Positions 1 through 9,031 of a DNA stretch of 32,000 bases are shown piece after piece (position 1 is the stretch's first letter; each line of letters opens with the position of its first letter). Position numbers and translations under genes: made by a program. This DNA is from Candidatus Jordarchaeales archaeon. GTDB lineage: Archaea > Asgardarchaeota > Jordiarchaeia > Jordiarchaeales > Freyrarchaeaceae. Location of the stretch: assembly GCA_038858525.1 (NCBI GenBank), contig JAWCFL010000011.1, forward strand, positions 25,284-57,283, given 5' to 3'. The notes beneath the pieces were generated by a model. That model was not told the origin of the DNA and did no database searches. It saw only the letters and a program-made list of their open reading frames with translations.

Positions 1-1
1 T

Positions 2-226
2 GGTTGCGGCAACTGCGTCGTAGGGTGCCCAGCAATAGCAGCAGAGTGCCCCCTCATAGGGAGCGGTAAGGGCGAGGTGAGGGACAACGTGGTTTTTAGA
101 GTAGAGAACGGAAAAATAAAGGTGGTTGATCTCACGAAGTGCAGAAGGTATGGTCCAATAAAGACTTGTCGAGTGTGCGAAATGTACTGTTTCAGCGGTG
201 CCATAGAACTAAGAACAGTAGCCTAA
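2..226 (+). CDS. C-terminal fragment of a 4Fe-4S ferredoxin-domain protein (5' end outside window), possibly the Fwd-associated polyferredoxin
   Basis: The frame from nt 2 is open to TAA at 224-226. It translates GCGNCVVGCPAIAAECP...KTCRVCEMYCFSGAIEL, with CxxCxxxCP-type cluster motifs, and lies 42 nt upstream of fwdB. Confidence 0.6.
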   Translation, partial: GCGNCVVGCPAIAAECPLIGSGKGEVRDNVVFRVENGKIKVVDLTKCRRYGPIKTCRVCEMYCFSGAIELRTVA

Positions 227-268
227 GAATTAGGAGTACTTTAACTTAGGTTAAAGGGTGAAGGAAAC

Positions 269-1561
269 TTGAGGTTTAAAACGGTCTGCACTGGTTGTAG
301 CCTTCTCTGCGACGACATCATAGTTGATCTAGAGGGGGAAAAAATAGTTTCCACGTTTAATCTTTGCGGCCACGGTGAGGAGAAGTTTCTGAGAGCGCGT
401 GGTACTGAAAGACTCCTTAAACCTTTTGTAAGAAGCCGGGATAGCGTGAGAGAGGTTTCCATCAGCGAAGCTATTGAGAAGGCGGCGGAGATCCTGCTAA
501 ATGCGGAAAGACCTGTTCTTTGGGGTTGGGGGTCTTCCTCTGTTGAGGCGCAAATAGCAGGAATAGAACTGGCACGTGAAATTGGAGGTGTGATTGATAG
601 TACTGGGTCCATATGCCATGGAATTACGTGGCTTGCTGCCTCGGAGAGCGGGTTATATACAGCCACACTAGGAGAGGTGATGAGCAGAGCTGACGTGGTT
701 GTTTATTGGGGTAGTGACCCTGGTCATTCGCATCCTCGCCATCTTAGCCGCTATAGTGTTCTTTCTAGAGGCATTTATACGCAGAGTGGCTATGAGCAAA
801 GACGGGTCTATGTGTTCGACATAAGAAGAACAAGGGTGGGAAAAATTGCTAATGTTTTAATAGAGGTGGAGCCAAACAAGGATTATGAGTTGATAACAGC
901 CATGCGACTTATTTTGAGAGGGAAAAAACTGCAATTTGATAGCGTTGCTGGTGTTCCTATTAAGACGATCGAGAAAGTAATACAAGAATGGAAGGAAAGG
1001 GACTTTGGCGTGGTGTTTTACGGCATGGGGTTGCTAGCCAGCCGAGGCAAGTACCGGAACTTAGAGGCACTTCTCAAATTGGTGTGGGAGATGAATGAAT
1101 ATACGAGCTTCGTAGCACTACCAATGGCCGGGCACTTTAATACGATTGGATTTAACCATACTGCAACATGGGTTACGGGTCACCCTTCAGGTATAGATTT
1201 CAGTAGAGGCGCACCATACGCTAACCCTGGAGAAACGACTTTCGTCGAAATGCTTCAAAGAGGTGAAGTTGATGCTGCACTCATAATAGGCTCTAACCCC
1301 ATGTCGAGTTTTCCAACCGAACTGGCGAGAAAACTTTCCCAGATCCCCCTAATAGTCGTTGACTGCTTCAGGACGCTCACTGTAAAGCATGCAACAGTGG
1401 CAATCCCAACGGCCATAACGGGAATAGAGGCGGGAGGCATAGCTTACAGGATGGACTCCGTCCCAATAATTTTGAGGGAGTTTCTTAGCCCGCCGGAAAG
1501 CATTCTCAGTGATGCGGATATTATTCGAAGTATAATTGAAAAAGTAAAAAGAAAGAATTAA
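269..1561 (+). CDS. fwdB: Formylmethanofuran dehydrogenase subunit B (molybdopterin-type, Cys form)
   Basis: 430 aa. The N-terminus MRFKTVCTGCSLLCDDIIV...GEKIV is the typical FwdB/FmdB CxxCxxxCDD start, and GSICHG is the active-site Cys region. TTG start at 269 sits behind GGGTGAAGG. Confidence 0.85.
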   Translation: MRFKTVCTGCSLLCDDIIVDLEGEKIVSTFNLCGHGEEKFLRARGTERLLKPFVRSRDSVREVSISEAIEKAAEILLNAERPVLWGWGSSSVEAQIAGIELAREIGGVIDSTGSICHGITWLAASESGLYTATLGEVMSRADVVVYWGSDPGHSHPRHLSRYSVLSRGIYTQSGYEQRRVYVFDIRRTRVGKIANVLIEVEPNKDYELITAMRLILRGKKLQFDSVAGVPIKTIEKVIQEWKERDFGVVFYGMGLLASRGKYRNLEALLKLVWEMNEYTSFVALPMAGHFNTIGFNHTATWVTGHPSGIDFSRGAPYANPGETTFVEMLQRGEVDAALIIGSNPMSSFPTELARKLSQIPLIVVDCFRTLTVKHATVAIPTAITGIEAGGIAYRMDSVPIILREFLSPPESILSDADIIRSIIEKVKRKN

Positions 1562-1562
1562 A

Positions 1563-2114
1563 TTAAAGTGGAGTGACTAGAAACTTTACCACTAGGAAAG
1601 GATTAAAGGTTAAATGTCTTCTCAAGACACGTGCGCCGGACGGATAAAATAAAGTTAATGCACCTATTTTTTGCCCATAGAGCTTTATGAGAAGTTGCGA
1701 TATGCGTCTTGCCTTTCTAGCTTGTGAGGCGAAGAGACGAGATGCTTGTGTTATATGAGGTTTAAGCATCAGGGAGTTACCGAAGAGGAAGAGGAAGGCG
1801 AGCGCAACAGCTAGAAACGAGGAAAGCGGCAAAGTAAGATAGGATGGGAGAAACGGATATGTGAGAGTGAGGGAGAAAGATATAAAAATTAAGAGTAGAA
1901 GAAGACGGAAAGGTGTGCTACGCCTGTAGAAGTTCTGCATTTCCCTTAGTCCTCTAAGAAGCGGTTTAAGTTCGTGAATGTCAACATGCTGCTGCAAGAA
2001 AAGGTAGGCTTGGCGAGTTAACAGGATGCTAGAAAAGAGGGGAGGTTTAAGCGATGCGAAAGCGTCCAGTTCCTCGATGACACGCCTTACAAAGGCAACA
2101 TCAAACGTATTCAT
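1563..2114 (-). CDS. Hypothetical membrane protein
   Basis: 183-aa ORF with a long hydrophobic block (LLLLLIFISFSLTLTYPFLPSYLTLPLSSFLAVALAFLFLFG). No family recognised. Confidence 0.45.
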   Translation of the reverse strand: MNTFDVAFVRRVIEELDAFASLKPPLFSSILLTRQAYLFLQQHVDIHELKPLLRGLREMQNFYRRSTPFRLLLLLIFISFSLTLTYPFLPSYLTLPLSSFLAVALAFLFLFGNSLMLKPHITQASRLFASQARKARRISQLLIKLYGQKIGALTLFYPSGARVLRRHLTFNPFLVVKFLVTPL

Positions 2115-2149
2115 ATGGACTCACTCATGCCAAAAGCTAAATCAGGGGT

Positions 2150-2686
2150 TTATTTTTCAGAGAAAAGCGTTATATATTCTTGGGCTAATTTCCTGTATGT
2201 TTCCACTCCCGCCTTAATTATCTCAACCGTTTCTGGGGGGAGAGTTTTTTTGAGCTGAGCTGGCGCACCTACTATGAGGCTATTCGGGGGGAACTCTTTT
2301 CCCTCCGTGACTAAGGATCCGGCGCCAACTATTGACCCTGAACCTATTTTTGCTCCGTTAAGTATTATGCTTCCCATACCTATCACTGTGCTGCTTCCGA
2401 TAATGCAACCATGCAGAACTGAATTATGGCCCACCACGACGTCGTCACCAATGCGACAAGGGTTACCGGGGTCTGCGTGAATAGTTACGTTATCTTGGAT
2501 GTTCGTTCTCTCTCCGATCTCTATGAGTTCAAGATCTCCACGTATAACGGCGCCAAACCATATGCTTGCGTCCCTCGCAACTCTAACATTACCTATTATT
2601 GTGGCGTTTGGAGCTACAAAAACGGATGGGTGGAGCTGAGGCTTCTTGCCCATAAAAAGATAAACAGGCATTCGTGAATCCTCCAC
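2150..2686 (-). CDS. Gamma-class carbonic anhydrase-like / hexapeptide-repeat (LbH) protein
   Basis: 178 aa with repeated hexapeptide pattern (IIGNVRV, IWFGAVIRGD, IGERTNIQDNVTIHAD, VGHNSVLHGC, IGMGSIILNGAKIGSGSIVGAGS), typical of the YrdA/Cam/PaaY family. The real start may be the internal M at MPVYLF. Confidence 0.85.
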   Translation of the reverse strand: MEDSRMPVYLFMGKKPQLHPSVFVAPNATIIGNVRVARDASIWFGAVIRGDLELIEIGERTNIQDNVTIHADPGNPCRIGDDVVVGHNSVLHGCIIGSSTVIGMGSIILNGAKIGSGSIVGAGSLVTEGKEFPPNSLIVGAPAQLKKTLPPETVEIIKAGVETYRKLAQEYITLFSEK

Positions 2687-2701
2687 GACCAGAACAATTT
2701 C

Positions 2702-3544
2702 TTAAATGTTTCGATTTGTCTTTTTAAGGTATTCTCCTATAGGAAGAAAAGAGACACCCTTGTCTTCGAGATACGCTATGAGACGGTAAAGTAGGGAAAC
2801 GTTCTCCTGCACTTGCCGAGGTGAGAGCTTCAAGTTAGATGAGATCCTGTATGCAAAATGCCATGCGTGAGTTGATATCATCAGTAAGCCACCATCGTCG
2901 TTCGCTATGTACGTATCCAGTATATGTTTAAATTCGTCGAAACTTCTTTTTCCCTCATGTAAAGTCCAAGTATAGAGCGTCGCCTTCCTTTCGTTTAAGG
3001 GGTATAATGGGAGGGGGACCTCAAACAATTTGCACCCTAAAAGGTATGGGTGAGGAGGCTTAAACGACTCCGAGTATATAGAAGAGTCATACTTGTAATC
3101 TAGAGACCTCAGAATTTCACCTAGATTGGGTGTAGTGGACAAGTATGGTGCTCTGAAGCCTACAGGCTTTAACCCTGTGATTTCTGATATTATCTCTGTG
3201 GCTTTTCTTATCAGCGCCAGCTGTTGAAGTGGGGGTATTGGAACACCAGTGTATTTTCCGGCGAGATCTTCGTGATCCAAACCGTGGCATCCAACCTCAT
3301 TTTTCGTAACGACTCCGAGTAACGCTTCATCATGAGCACATATGTGCTGAAGCGCTCTGGCTTCAACGAAAAAAGTCACCTTTAGACTTATTTCTTCCAG
3401 CATGTTGGAAAGCGCCTTCAGCCCCCTAATCGTACAAGTGAAGCTAGGCTTACATTCAGGAGAGTAACTGGCTGCCTTTAGCGTCCCACTTACAGGAACA
3501 GGGTAGTCACGGTCTAAGTCGATTGTGAGAGCGACGTAAGGCAT
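2702..3544 (-). CDS. Polysaccharide deacetylase (NodB-homology) family protein
   Basis: 280 aa. TIDLDRD (metal/catalytic Asp pair), CHGLDHEDL (His-His motif) and FRAPY are NodB-domain hallmarks. Confidence 0.75.
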   Translation of the reverse strand: MPYVALTIDLDRDYPVPVSGTLKAASYSPECKPSFTCTIRGLKALSNMLEEISLKVTFFVEARALQHICAHDEALLGVVTKNEVGCHGLDHEDLAGKYTGVPIPPLQQLALIRKATEIISEITGLKPVGFRAPYLSTTPNLGEILRSLDYKYDSSIYSESFKPPHPYLLGCKLFEVPLPLYPLNERKATLYTWTLHEGKRSFDEFKHILDTYIANDDGGLLMISTHAWHFAYRISSNLKLSPRQVQENVSLLYRLIAYLEDKGVSFLPIGEYLKKTNRNI

Positions 3545-3690
3545 TGTTAGCGCCCCTATACAGCTCTGTTCAGGAAGATGAAGCGTTAAAATCTTTTAAA
3601 AATGCTTGCGTCACTAAGGACGAGGTTTTTTAGCAAAACGCTCATCGTTATAAACGAGAGTTTCCAAATACATTTAGGAGGTCTTTAACC

Positions 3691-4551
3691 TTGGTTGCCA
3701 AAATCATTGATGGACGTAGCATTGCAGCTGAAGTCAGGAGACAGGTAGCTGAAGAAGCTAAGCTACTTTGGGAGAAGCACGGCGTACGCCCAGGATTAGC
3801 TGCTATTTTAATAGGTAATGACCCTGCCTCAGAAGTTTACGTTGGCTTAAAGCAGAAAGCCTGTGAGGAGGCAGCTTTCACTTTTAGGAGAATAACATTA
3901 CCAGAGAATGTAAGTGAGGAAGAGGTTATTGAGCGCGTTCATAAGCTTAACGTTGATGAGCGCATACATGGAGTTATAGTTCAGCTTCCATTACCACGCC
4001 ATTTGAATGAAAACAGAATAATAGAAGCGCTCTTACCCGAAAAGGATGCGGATGGTCTTCACCCAGCTAACATGGGGCGCCTCCTATTAGGTGATGAAAG
4101 CGTTACTCCATGCACGCCTACCGGGATAATTACTCTCCTCGAAAGGGAAGGGGTCACCCTCCGAGGGAAGCATGTTGTTATAGTTAACAGAAGCAAAATA
4201 GTCGGCCGCCCATTAATGGTCATGATGCTTAATAGAGACGCCACAGTCACCGTGTGCCACTCTAAAACCGTTAACCTCGCAGAGCAAACAAAAGCCGCAG
4301 ATATCTTGGTTGTCGCCGTAGGAAGACCGATGTTCATTACGGAGGATATGGTGAGAGAGGGAGCCATTGTGATTGATGTGGGGATTAACAGGGTTGAGGG
4401 GAGAATAGTGGGGGATGTTGATTTTGAGAGAGTAAAGGAGAAGGCTGCTGCCATAACGCCTGTTCCTGGCGGTGTGGGCCCTATGACTGTGGCGTTGCTC
4501 TTGATGAACGTGCTTAAAGCTGCTAAACGCAGCGTAGAAAAAATTAGGTAG
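3691..4551 (+). CDS. folD: Bifunctional 5,10-methylene-tetrahydrofolate dehydrogenase / methenyl-THF cyclohydrolase
   Basis: 286 aa with full-length FolD pattern (IIDGRSIA..., ILIGNDPASEVYVGLKQKACEE, VQLPLP, DADGLHP, PCTPTGI, VVIVNRSKIVGRPL, TPVPGGVGPMT). TTG start 8 nt after AGGAGGT. Confidence 0.95.
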   Translation: MVAKIIDGRSIAAEVRRQVAEEAKLLWEKHGVRPGLAAILIGNDPASEVYVGLKQKACEEAAFTFRRITLPENVSEEEVIERVHKLNVDERIHGVIVQLPLPRHLNENRIIEALLPEKDADGLHPANMGRLLLGDESVTPCTPTGIITLLEREGVTLRGKHVVIVNRSKIVGRPLMVMMLNRDATVTVCHSKTVNLAEQTKAADILVVAVGRPMFITEDMVREGAIVIDVGINRVEGRIVGDVDFERVKEKAAAITPVPGGVGPMTVALLLMNVLKAAKRSVEKIR

Positions 4552-4561
4552 GAGGGGTGGC

Positions 4562-6097
4562 ATGAAGGCCAAGCGCGCGCTTATAAGCGTGTGGGATAAG
4601 AGAGGCATACTTGAGTTAGCTAAAGCACTTCATGAAATGGGTATTGAGATAGTTGCAACCGAGGGTACTGCTAAGGCGCTCGAAGGAGTGCCTGTGAGGA
4701 GGATATCAGAACTAACAGGGTTTACCGAGATGCTAGACGGCAGAGTCAAGAGCCTGCACCCTCACGTTTACAGTGCTATTCTGGCTAGAAATAAAGAGGA
4801 AGATTTGAGGCAACTCAGGAAGATGGGGATAGAGCCCATAGACATCGTAATTGTTAACCTTTACCCTTTCATGGAAGTGGCAGCAAAAAATGAGGAACTA
4901 GACTTACTCGTGGAGAACATTGATATTGGAGGAGTGAGCCTGGTCAGGGCCGCCGCGAAAAACTTCGAGAGAGTTACTGTTGTTGTTGACCCGGAGGACT
5001 ACAATTTGATTCTTGAAGAATTGAAGAAGTATGGAGGAGTGCGAGAGGAAACTAGGAGAAGACTTGCGGTAAAGGCGTTCGCGTATACTTCAGGGTATGA
5101 CGATGCCATAACGCAGGCGCTCTCCAGCAGGCTCCTAGGGAAGGGAGAAATGCCGGACATACTTACTTTAAGGTTCGCTAAAGTACAGGACTTAAGGTAT
5201 GGAGAAAACCCGCATCAGAAAGCTGCGCTCTACAAGGAAATCGCCTCAATTGTTAGTGGAGCAGTTGTCGACGCTGTGCAACTTCAAGGCAAGGAGCTCT
5301 CGTTTAACAACATTCTTGACCTAAACGCAGCACTCGAGATTATAAGGGAGTTTTCAAAACCAATGGCGGTTGTAATTAAGCACACGAACCCGTGCGGAGC
5401 AGCAACAGGTGAAACGATACGTGATGCTTACGTGAGGGCTAGGGAAAGCGACCCTGTATCGGCATACGGTAGCATAGTGGGCTTAAACGGGAAAGTAGAT
5501 CTTGATACGGCAAGGGAGATTACTTCAACATTCGTCGAGGCGGTCATTGCACCCGGCTATACAGAAGACGCTTTAGAGGAGCTTAAAAAGAAGGAGAGCT
5601 TAAGGGTGCTTATGCTGCCCACCATTAAAAGGCGGGAGGCAGGCATCGACTTCAGAAGGGTAGTCGGCGGGTTACTTGTCCAAAGTGAAGACTTGACTGA
5701 GGAAGACTTTCCAGATTTTAAAGTTGTTAGTGCCAGAGAGCCAACGGAGAGAGAAGTCCAATCGGCATTGTTCGGATGGAGGATAGTCAAACACGTGAAG
5801 TCGAACGCAATAGTGATCGCCAATGGGGAGTGGGTTGTAGGAGTAGGAGCAGGACAGATGAGCAGGGTGGACTCAGCGAAGATCGCGCTAGAGAAAGCGG
5901 GAGGCAGAGCAAAGGGAGGAGTGCTTGCGTCAGACGGCTTCATTCCCTTCAGGGATACTGTTGACGCCGCCGCCGAGGCAGGGGTAACATGTATTATACA
6001 GCCTGGTGGTTCCAAAAGAGACGAAGAAGTTATAGAGGCGGCAAACGAGCACGGTATGGCCATGATCCATACAGGCATAAGGCACTTCAAGCACTAG
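4562..6097 (+). CDS. purH: Bifunctional AICAR formyltransferase / IMP cyclohydrolase
   Basis: 511 aa. MGS-like N-domain (KRALISVWDKRG...GTAKAL, LDGRVKSLHP) and AICARFT domain (LRYGENPHQKAA, KHTNPCG, SDGFIPFRD, IQPGGSKRD, TGIRHFKH). Confidence 0.95.
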   Translation: MKAKRALISVWDKRGILELAKALHEMGIEIVATEGTAKALEGVPVRRISELTGFTEMLDGRVKSLHPHVYSAILARNKEEDLRQLRKMGIEPIDIVIVNLYPFMEVAAKNEELDLLVENIDIGGVSLVRAAAKNFERVTVVVDPEDYNLILEELKKYGGVREETRRRLAVKAFAYTSGYDDAITQALSSRLLGKGEMPDILTLRFAKVQDLRYGENPHQKAALYKEIASIVSGAVVDAVQLQGKELSFNNILDLNAALEIIREFSKPMAVVIKHTNPCGAATGETIRDAYVRARESDPVSAYGSIVGLNGKVDLDTAREITSTFVEAVIAPGYTEDALEELKKKESLRVLMLPTIKRREAGIDFRRVVGGLLVQSEDLTEEDFPDFKVVSAREPTEREVQSALFGWRIVKHVKSNAIVIANGEWVVGVGAGQMSRVDSAKIALEKAGGRAKGGVLASDGFIPFRDTVDAAAEAGVTCIIQPGGSKRDEEVIEAANEHGMAMIHTGIRHFKH

Positions 6098-6117
6098 GCG
6101 TACGAGGAAGGGAGAAT

Positions 6118-7293
6118 TTGCCTGCACCACTAGAAGGGATTACCGTCCTAGATTTAACTAGGCTTCTCCCTGGTCCCTTCTGCTCAATGATTTTAGGAGA
6201 CTTGGGAGCAAATGTGATAAAAATCGAGTCAGTACGGTTAGGCGACTGGACGAGGTGGGTTCCACCTTTTATCCAGAGTGAAAGCGCTATTTTTCTTTCC
6301 GTTAACAGAAACAAGAAAAGTGTAACTTTAAACCTGAGGAGCGAAGAAGGACTTGAAATATTCTATAGGATGGTTAGGAGGAGCGATGTGATCCTTGAGG
6401 GGTTTAGGCCGGGCGTGGCTAGAAGGCTTAGAATAGATTATGATACAGTGAGGAAAATTAACCCACGAATAGTATACTGCTCTATTTCGGGCTTCGGCCA
6501 GAACGGACCTTACGCTGAGAGAAGTGGACACGACGTCAATTATGTAGGAATAGGGGGAGTACTCGATTTAACGGGAGTGAGGGATGAGCCACCTGTTATT
6601 CCCGGAGTGCCGATAGCTGACTTGGCAGGCGGCATGGCTGGAGTAATCGGCGTGCTAGCAGCCCTCTTGGCTAGAGAAAAAACAGGTGTAGGCCAGTATG
6701 TTGACGTTTCAATGCTGGACATCGTAGTTTCTTGGCTTTCAATTTACGCTGGTATGCACCTAATTGGGGGAGTTACTGTTAGTAGAGGAAGTAACATATT
6801 AGCGGGGGGTATAGGTAGTTATGGTGTTTTCGAAACGAAAGATGGAAAGTACATTACGCTAGGGATACTGGAAGAGCACTTCTGGAGAAATTTCTGTAGA
6901 GCCGTAGAAAGACCTGACCTTGAAAAGTACCCTTACCTTTCACTCGAAAGAAGAGACGAGCTACATGAAATTATTCAGGAGATAATTGTGAATAGGACGC
7001 TCAACGAGTGGCTTAGGATTTTTGAAGAGAACGATGTGCCATGCGGCCCGGTCAATAGCCTACGTGAAGTATTTTCTGATCCACATGTTTTACATCGCGA
7101 AATGGTAACAGAAGTGGAACACGCAAAGGTGGGAAAAATTAAACAAGTCGGGTTTCCATTAAAGTTCTCTGAGAAGTGGCGCGTAATCAGGCAGCCCCCA
7201 CCCATTCTGGGGGAGCACACTGTGGAAGTCCTGAGAGAAATAGGGTACAACGACGAAGAAATAGAAAACTTTAGGAAGAAGGGGGTAATCTGA
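6118..7293 (+). CDS. Family III CoA-transferase (CaiB/BaiF/Frc-like)
   Basis: PLEGITVLDLTRLLPGPFCSMILGDLGANVIKIE is the family N-terminus, and GHDVNY is present. The track ORF begins at 5989 inside purH. An in-frame TTG at 6118 follows GAGGAAGGGAG and purH's stop, so it is taken as the start. Confidence 0.85.
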   Translation: MPAPLEGITVLDLTRLLPGPFCSMILGDLGANVIKIESVRLGDWTRWVPPFIQSESAIFLSVNRNKKSVTLNLRSEEGLEIFYRMVRRSDVILEGFRPGVARRLRIDYDTVRKINPRIVYCSISGFGQNGPYAERSGHDVNYVGIGGVLDLTGVRDEPPVIPGVPIADLAGGMAGVIGVLAALLAREKTGVGQYVDVSMLDIVVSWLSIYAGMHLIGGVTVSRGSNILAGGIGSYGVFETKDGKYITLGILEEHFWRNFCRAVERPDLEKYPYLSLERRDELHEIIQEIIVNRTLNEWLRIFEENDVPCGPVNSLREVFSDPHVLHREMVTEVEHAKVGKIKQVGFPLKFSEKWRVIRQPPPILGEHTVEVLREIGYNDEEIENFRKKGVI

Positions 7294-7315
7294 AAGAATT
7301 TTAAGGTGATACATT

Positions 7316-8299
7316 GTGAGCGTTAAGTCTAGAGGGGTGCTTATTCCATCGGCTGTTGCAATGGTTTTAAAGAAGCAGAAGTACCAGCTTGTTGGGAGGC
7401 ACTCCGCAGTTAAGCGCTGCCATTGGTTTTACAAGGCGTTGACGGGCAGGGGACACTGTTACAAGCAGGAGTGGTATAATATTAGGTCGCATAGGTGTCT
7501 TCAAATGACGCCTTGCGCTGTGTTCTGCACCAATCGCTGTCTTCCATGCTGGCGTTTGGAGCCGGGGGATTTGGGGTTTGAATGGGATCAAATGGCGATA
7601 CTGAGGGAGGACGTAGATGAGCCGGAGGAAATTGTTGAGGAATGCATTAGGGCGCAACGAAGAATACTCACTGGTTTTAACCCTGCACACCACCAATTAG
7701 TTAGTGAGGAGAAGTGGAGGGAGGCACTTGAGCCTAAGCATGCTGCTATAAGTTTAGCAGGCGAGCCTACTCTTTACTCTGAACTGGGAGGCCTTATAGA
7801 GGCCTTCCACAGAAGGGGGATGACTACGTTTCTTGTGACAAATGGAGTGGTTCCCGAGAGGCTTGAGGAGATAGAGGAGCCGACGCAGCTTTACCTTACA
7901 CTTTACGCTCCATCTGAGGATGTCTATAAGCAGGTTTGTAGGCCTCTCCTAAAAGACGCTTGGAGCAGAGTTGTTGAAAGCCTAAGCTTACTGAGAAGTT
8001 TTAGTTGCCCGACGGTAGTGAGGCTTACTTTAGTTAAAGGGTTAAACTTTATGGAGCCAGAGAAGTACGCTGAGCTCATAAAGTTGGCTGAGCCCACTTA
8101 TGTAGAGTGCAAAAGCTACGTGTCGGTTGGAATGTCCCTTAGAAGAGGTTTAAACAATAGTAACATGGTGGGTGTTGGCGAATTAAGGTTATTTGCAGAA
8201 AAGATAGGAGAGGAGTTAGGGTATAACATTATAGGGGAGTCTGTTTCGAGTAGAGTTATCTTGTTGAGTAAGCTTAGCAAACCGATAAAAGTGGCTTAA
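7316..8299 (+). CDS. taw1: tRNA 4-demethylwyosine synthase (radical SAM, TYW1/Taw1)
   Basis: 327 aa. KKQKYQLVGRHSAVKRCHW, SHRCLQMTPC..CTNRCLPCWR (cluster motifs) and SLAGEPTLY match Taw1. GTG start 5 nt after AAGGTGAT. Confidence 0.85.
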   Translation: MSVKSRGVLIPSAVAMVLKKQKYQLVGRHSAVKRCHWFYKALTGRGHCYKQEWYNIRSHRCLQMTPCAVFCTNRCLPCWRLEPGDLGFEWDQMAILREDVDEPEEIVEECIRAQRRILTGFNPAHHQLVSEEKWREALEPKHAAISLAGEPTLYSELGGLIEAFHRRGMTTFLVTNGVVPERLEEIEEPTQLYLTLYAPSEDVYKQVCRPLLKDAWSRVVESLSLLRSFSCPTVVRLTLVKGLNFMEPEKYAELIKLAEPTYVECKSYVSVGMSLRRGLNNSNMVGVGELRLFAEKIGEELGYNIIGESVSSRVILLSKLSKPIKVA

Positions 8300-8353
8300 A
8301 CACGATTTTTTAAAGCGCAGGGCACAACCTTTAAACGTTTTAGGCTTTTCGGT

Positions 8354-9031
8354 ATGCTGAAGAGAAAAGGTGCTACTAGGTGGCTCTTCATGCCCATTAG
8401 AGATATTATCCTTAAAATAATAGAGGAGCTTGAGGAGAGGGATAAGGTTAGAGAGAAGGTTTTGTCTCTTTCAAGAGAGGTTGTGAGGCTTGCAGGCTTT
8501 GCGATAAGAGCGATGCATAGAGGCGAACTGAGGGATGCTGAGGAAAAGTTGAGGATGGCAGAGGAGCGCTTAAGTGACGCGGTAGCGACTACGGCAAAGT
8601 ATGACGAGTTCGCCTACAAGGGCTTTATGACTACGGCATTCCAAGAATACGCTGAAGCTCGCTTACTTCACGCTTTTATCATGGGCAGAGAAATTCCATC
8701 TCCCCAGGAGTTAAACGTTCCCAGTATTCCATACTTGATGGCGCTGGGCGATTTCGTTGGCGAGCTACGACGTAACGTGTTAATATGCATGAGAGATGGA
8801 AGGTTCGAAGACGCTGAAAGAGCTCTGGATTTAATGGAAGAGGTATATGTAAACATGATGCTTGTCGACTACCCAGAAGTCTCCTCTCTGGGGTTTAGGC
8901 AAAAGTGCGACGTCGCCCGTAGCCTCCTAGAAAGGACGAGAGCCGAGGTACTCCTCGTATCGCAGGAGGCTAAGTTAGCGGAGGGTATAGAGAAGCTCTT
9001 GAAGAGATGGAAGGGAGAGAATGAGGTTTAA
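8354..9031 (+). CDS. Translin-family (translin/TRAX-like) protein
   Basis: All-helical 225 aa. LSREVVRLAGFAIRAMHRGELRDAEEKL...AFQEYAEARL...LGDFVGELRR resembles archaeal translin-family proteins. The likely true start is ATG 8390 (MPIRD), 7 nt after AGGTGG. Confidence 0.65.
   Translation: MLKRKGATRWLFMPIRDIILKIIEELEERDKVREKVLSLSREVVRLAGFAIRAMHRGELRDAEEKLRMAEERLSDAVATTAKYDEFAYKGFMTTAFQEYAEARLLHAFIMGREIPSPQELNVPSIPYLMALGDFVGELRRNVLICMRDGRFEDAERALDLMEEVYVNMMLVDYPEVSSLGFRQKCDVARSLLERTRAEVLLVSQEAKLAEGIEKLLKRWKGENEV

Noticed and set aside
241-666. A 141-aa minus-strand ORF, plus similar antisense ORFs throughout the track (for example 1255-1440, 4059-4454, 4213-4608, 5557-6090, 13845-14261, 16347-16721, 23639-23950, 28169-28576, 29922-30164).
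   Set aside because: Each lies entirely inside a well-supported gene on the other strand. They have low-complexity Ser/Thr/Pro/Ala-rich translations and no SD, so they are shadow ORFs.
269-1561. A check for a selenocysteine (in-frame TGA) version of FwdB.
   Set aside because: The ORF is uninterrupted and the active-site position is a Cys (GSICHG), so there is no recoding signal.
5989-6117. N-terminal extension of the CoA-transferase ORF overlapping the last ~110 nt of purH.
   Set aside because: The extension translates as an Arg/Lys-rich out-of-frame read of purH. The family N-terminus (PLEGITVLDL) begins right after an in-frame TTG with an SD, downstream of the purH stop.
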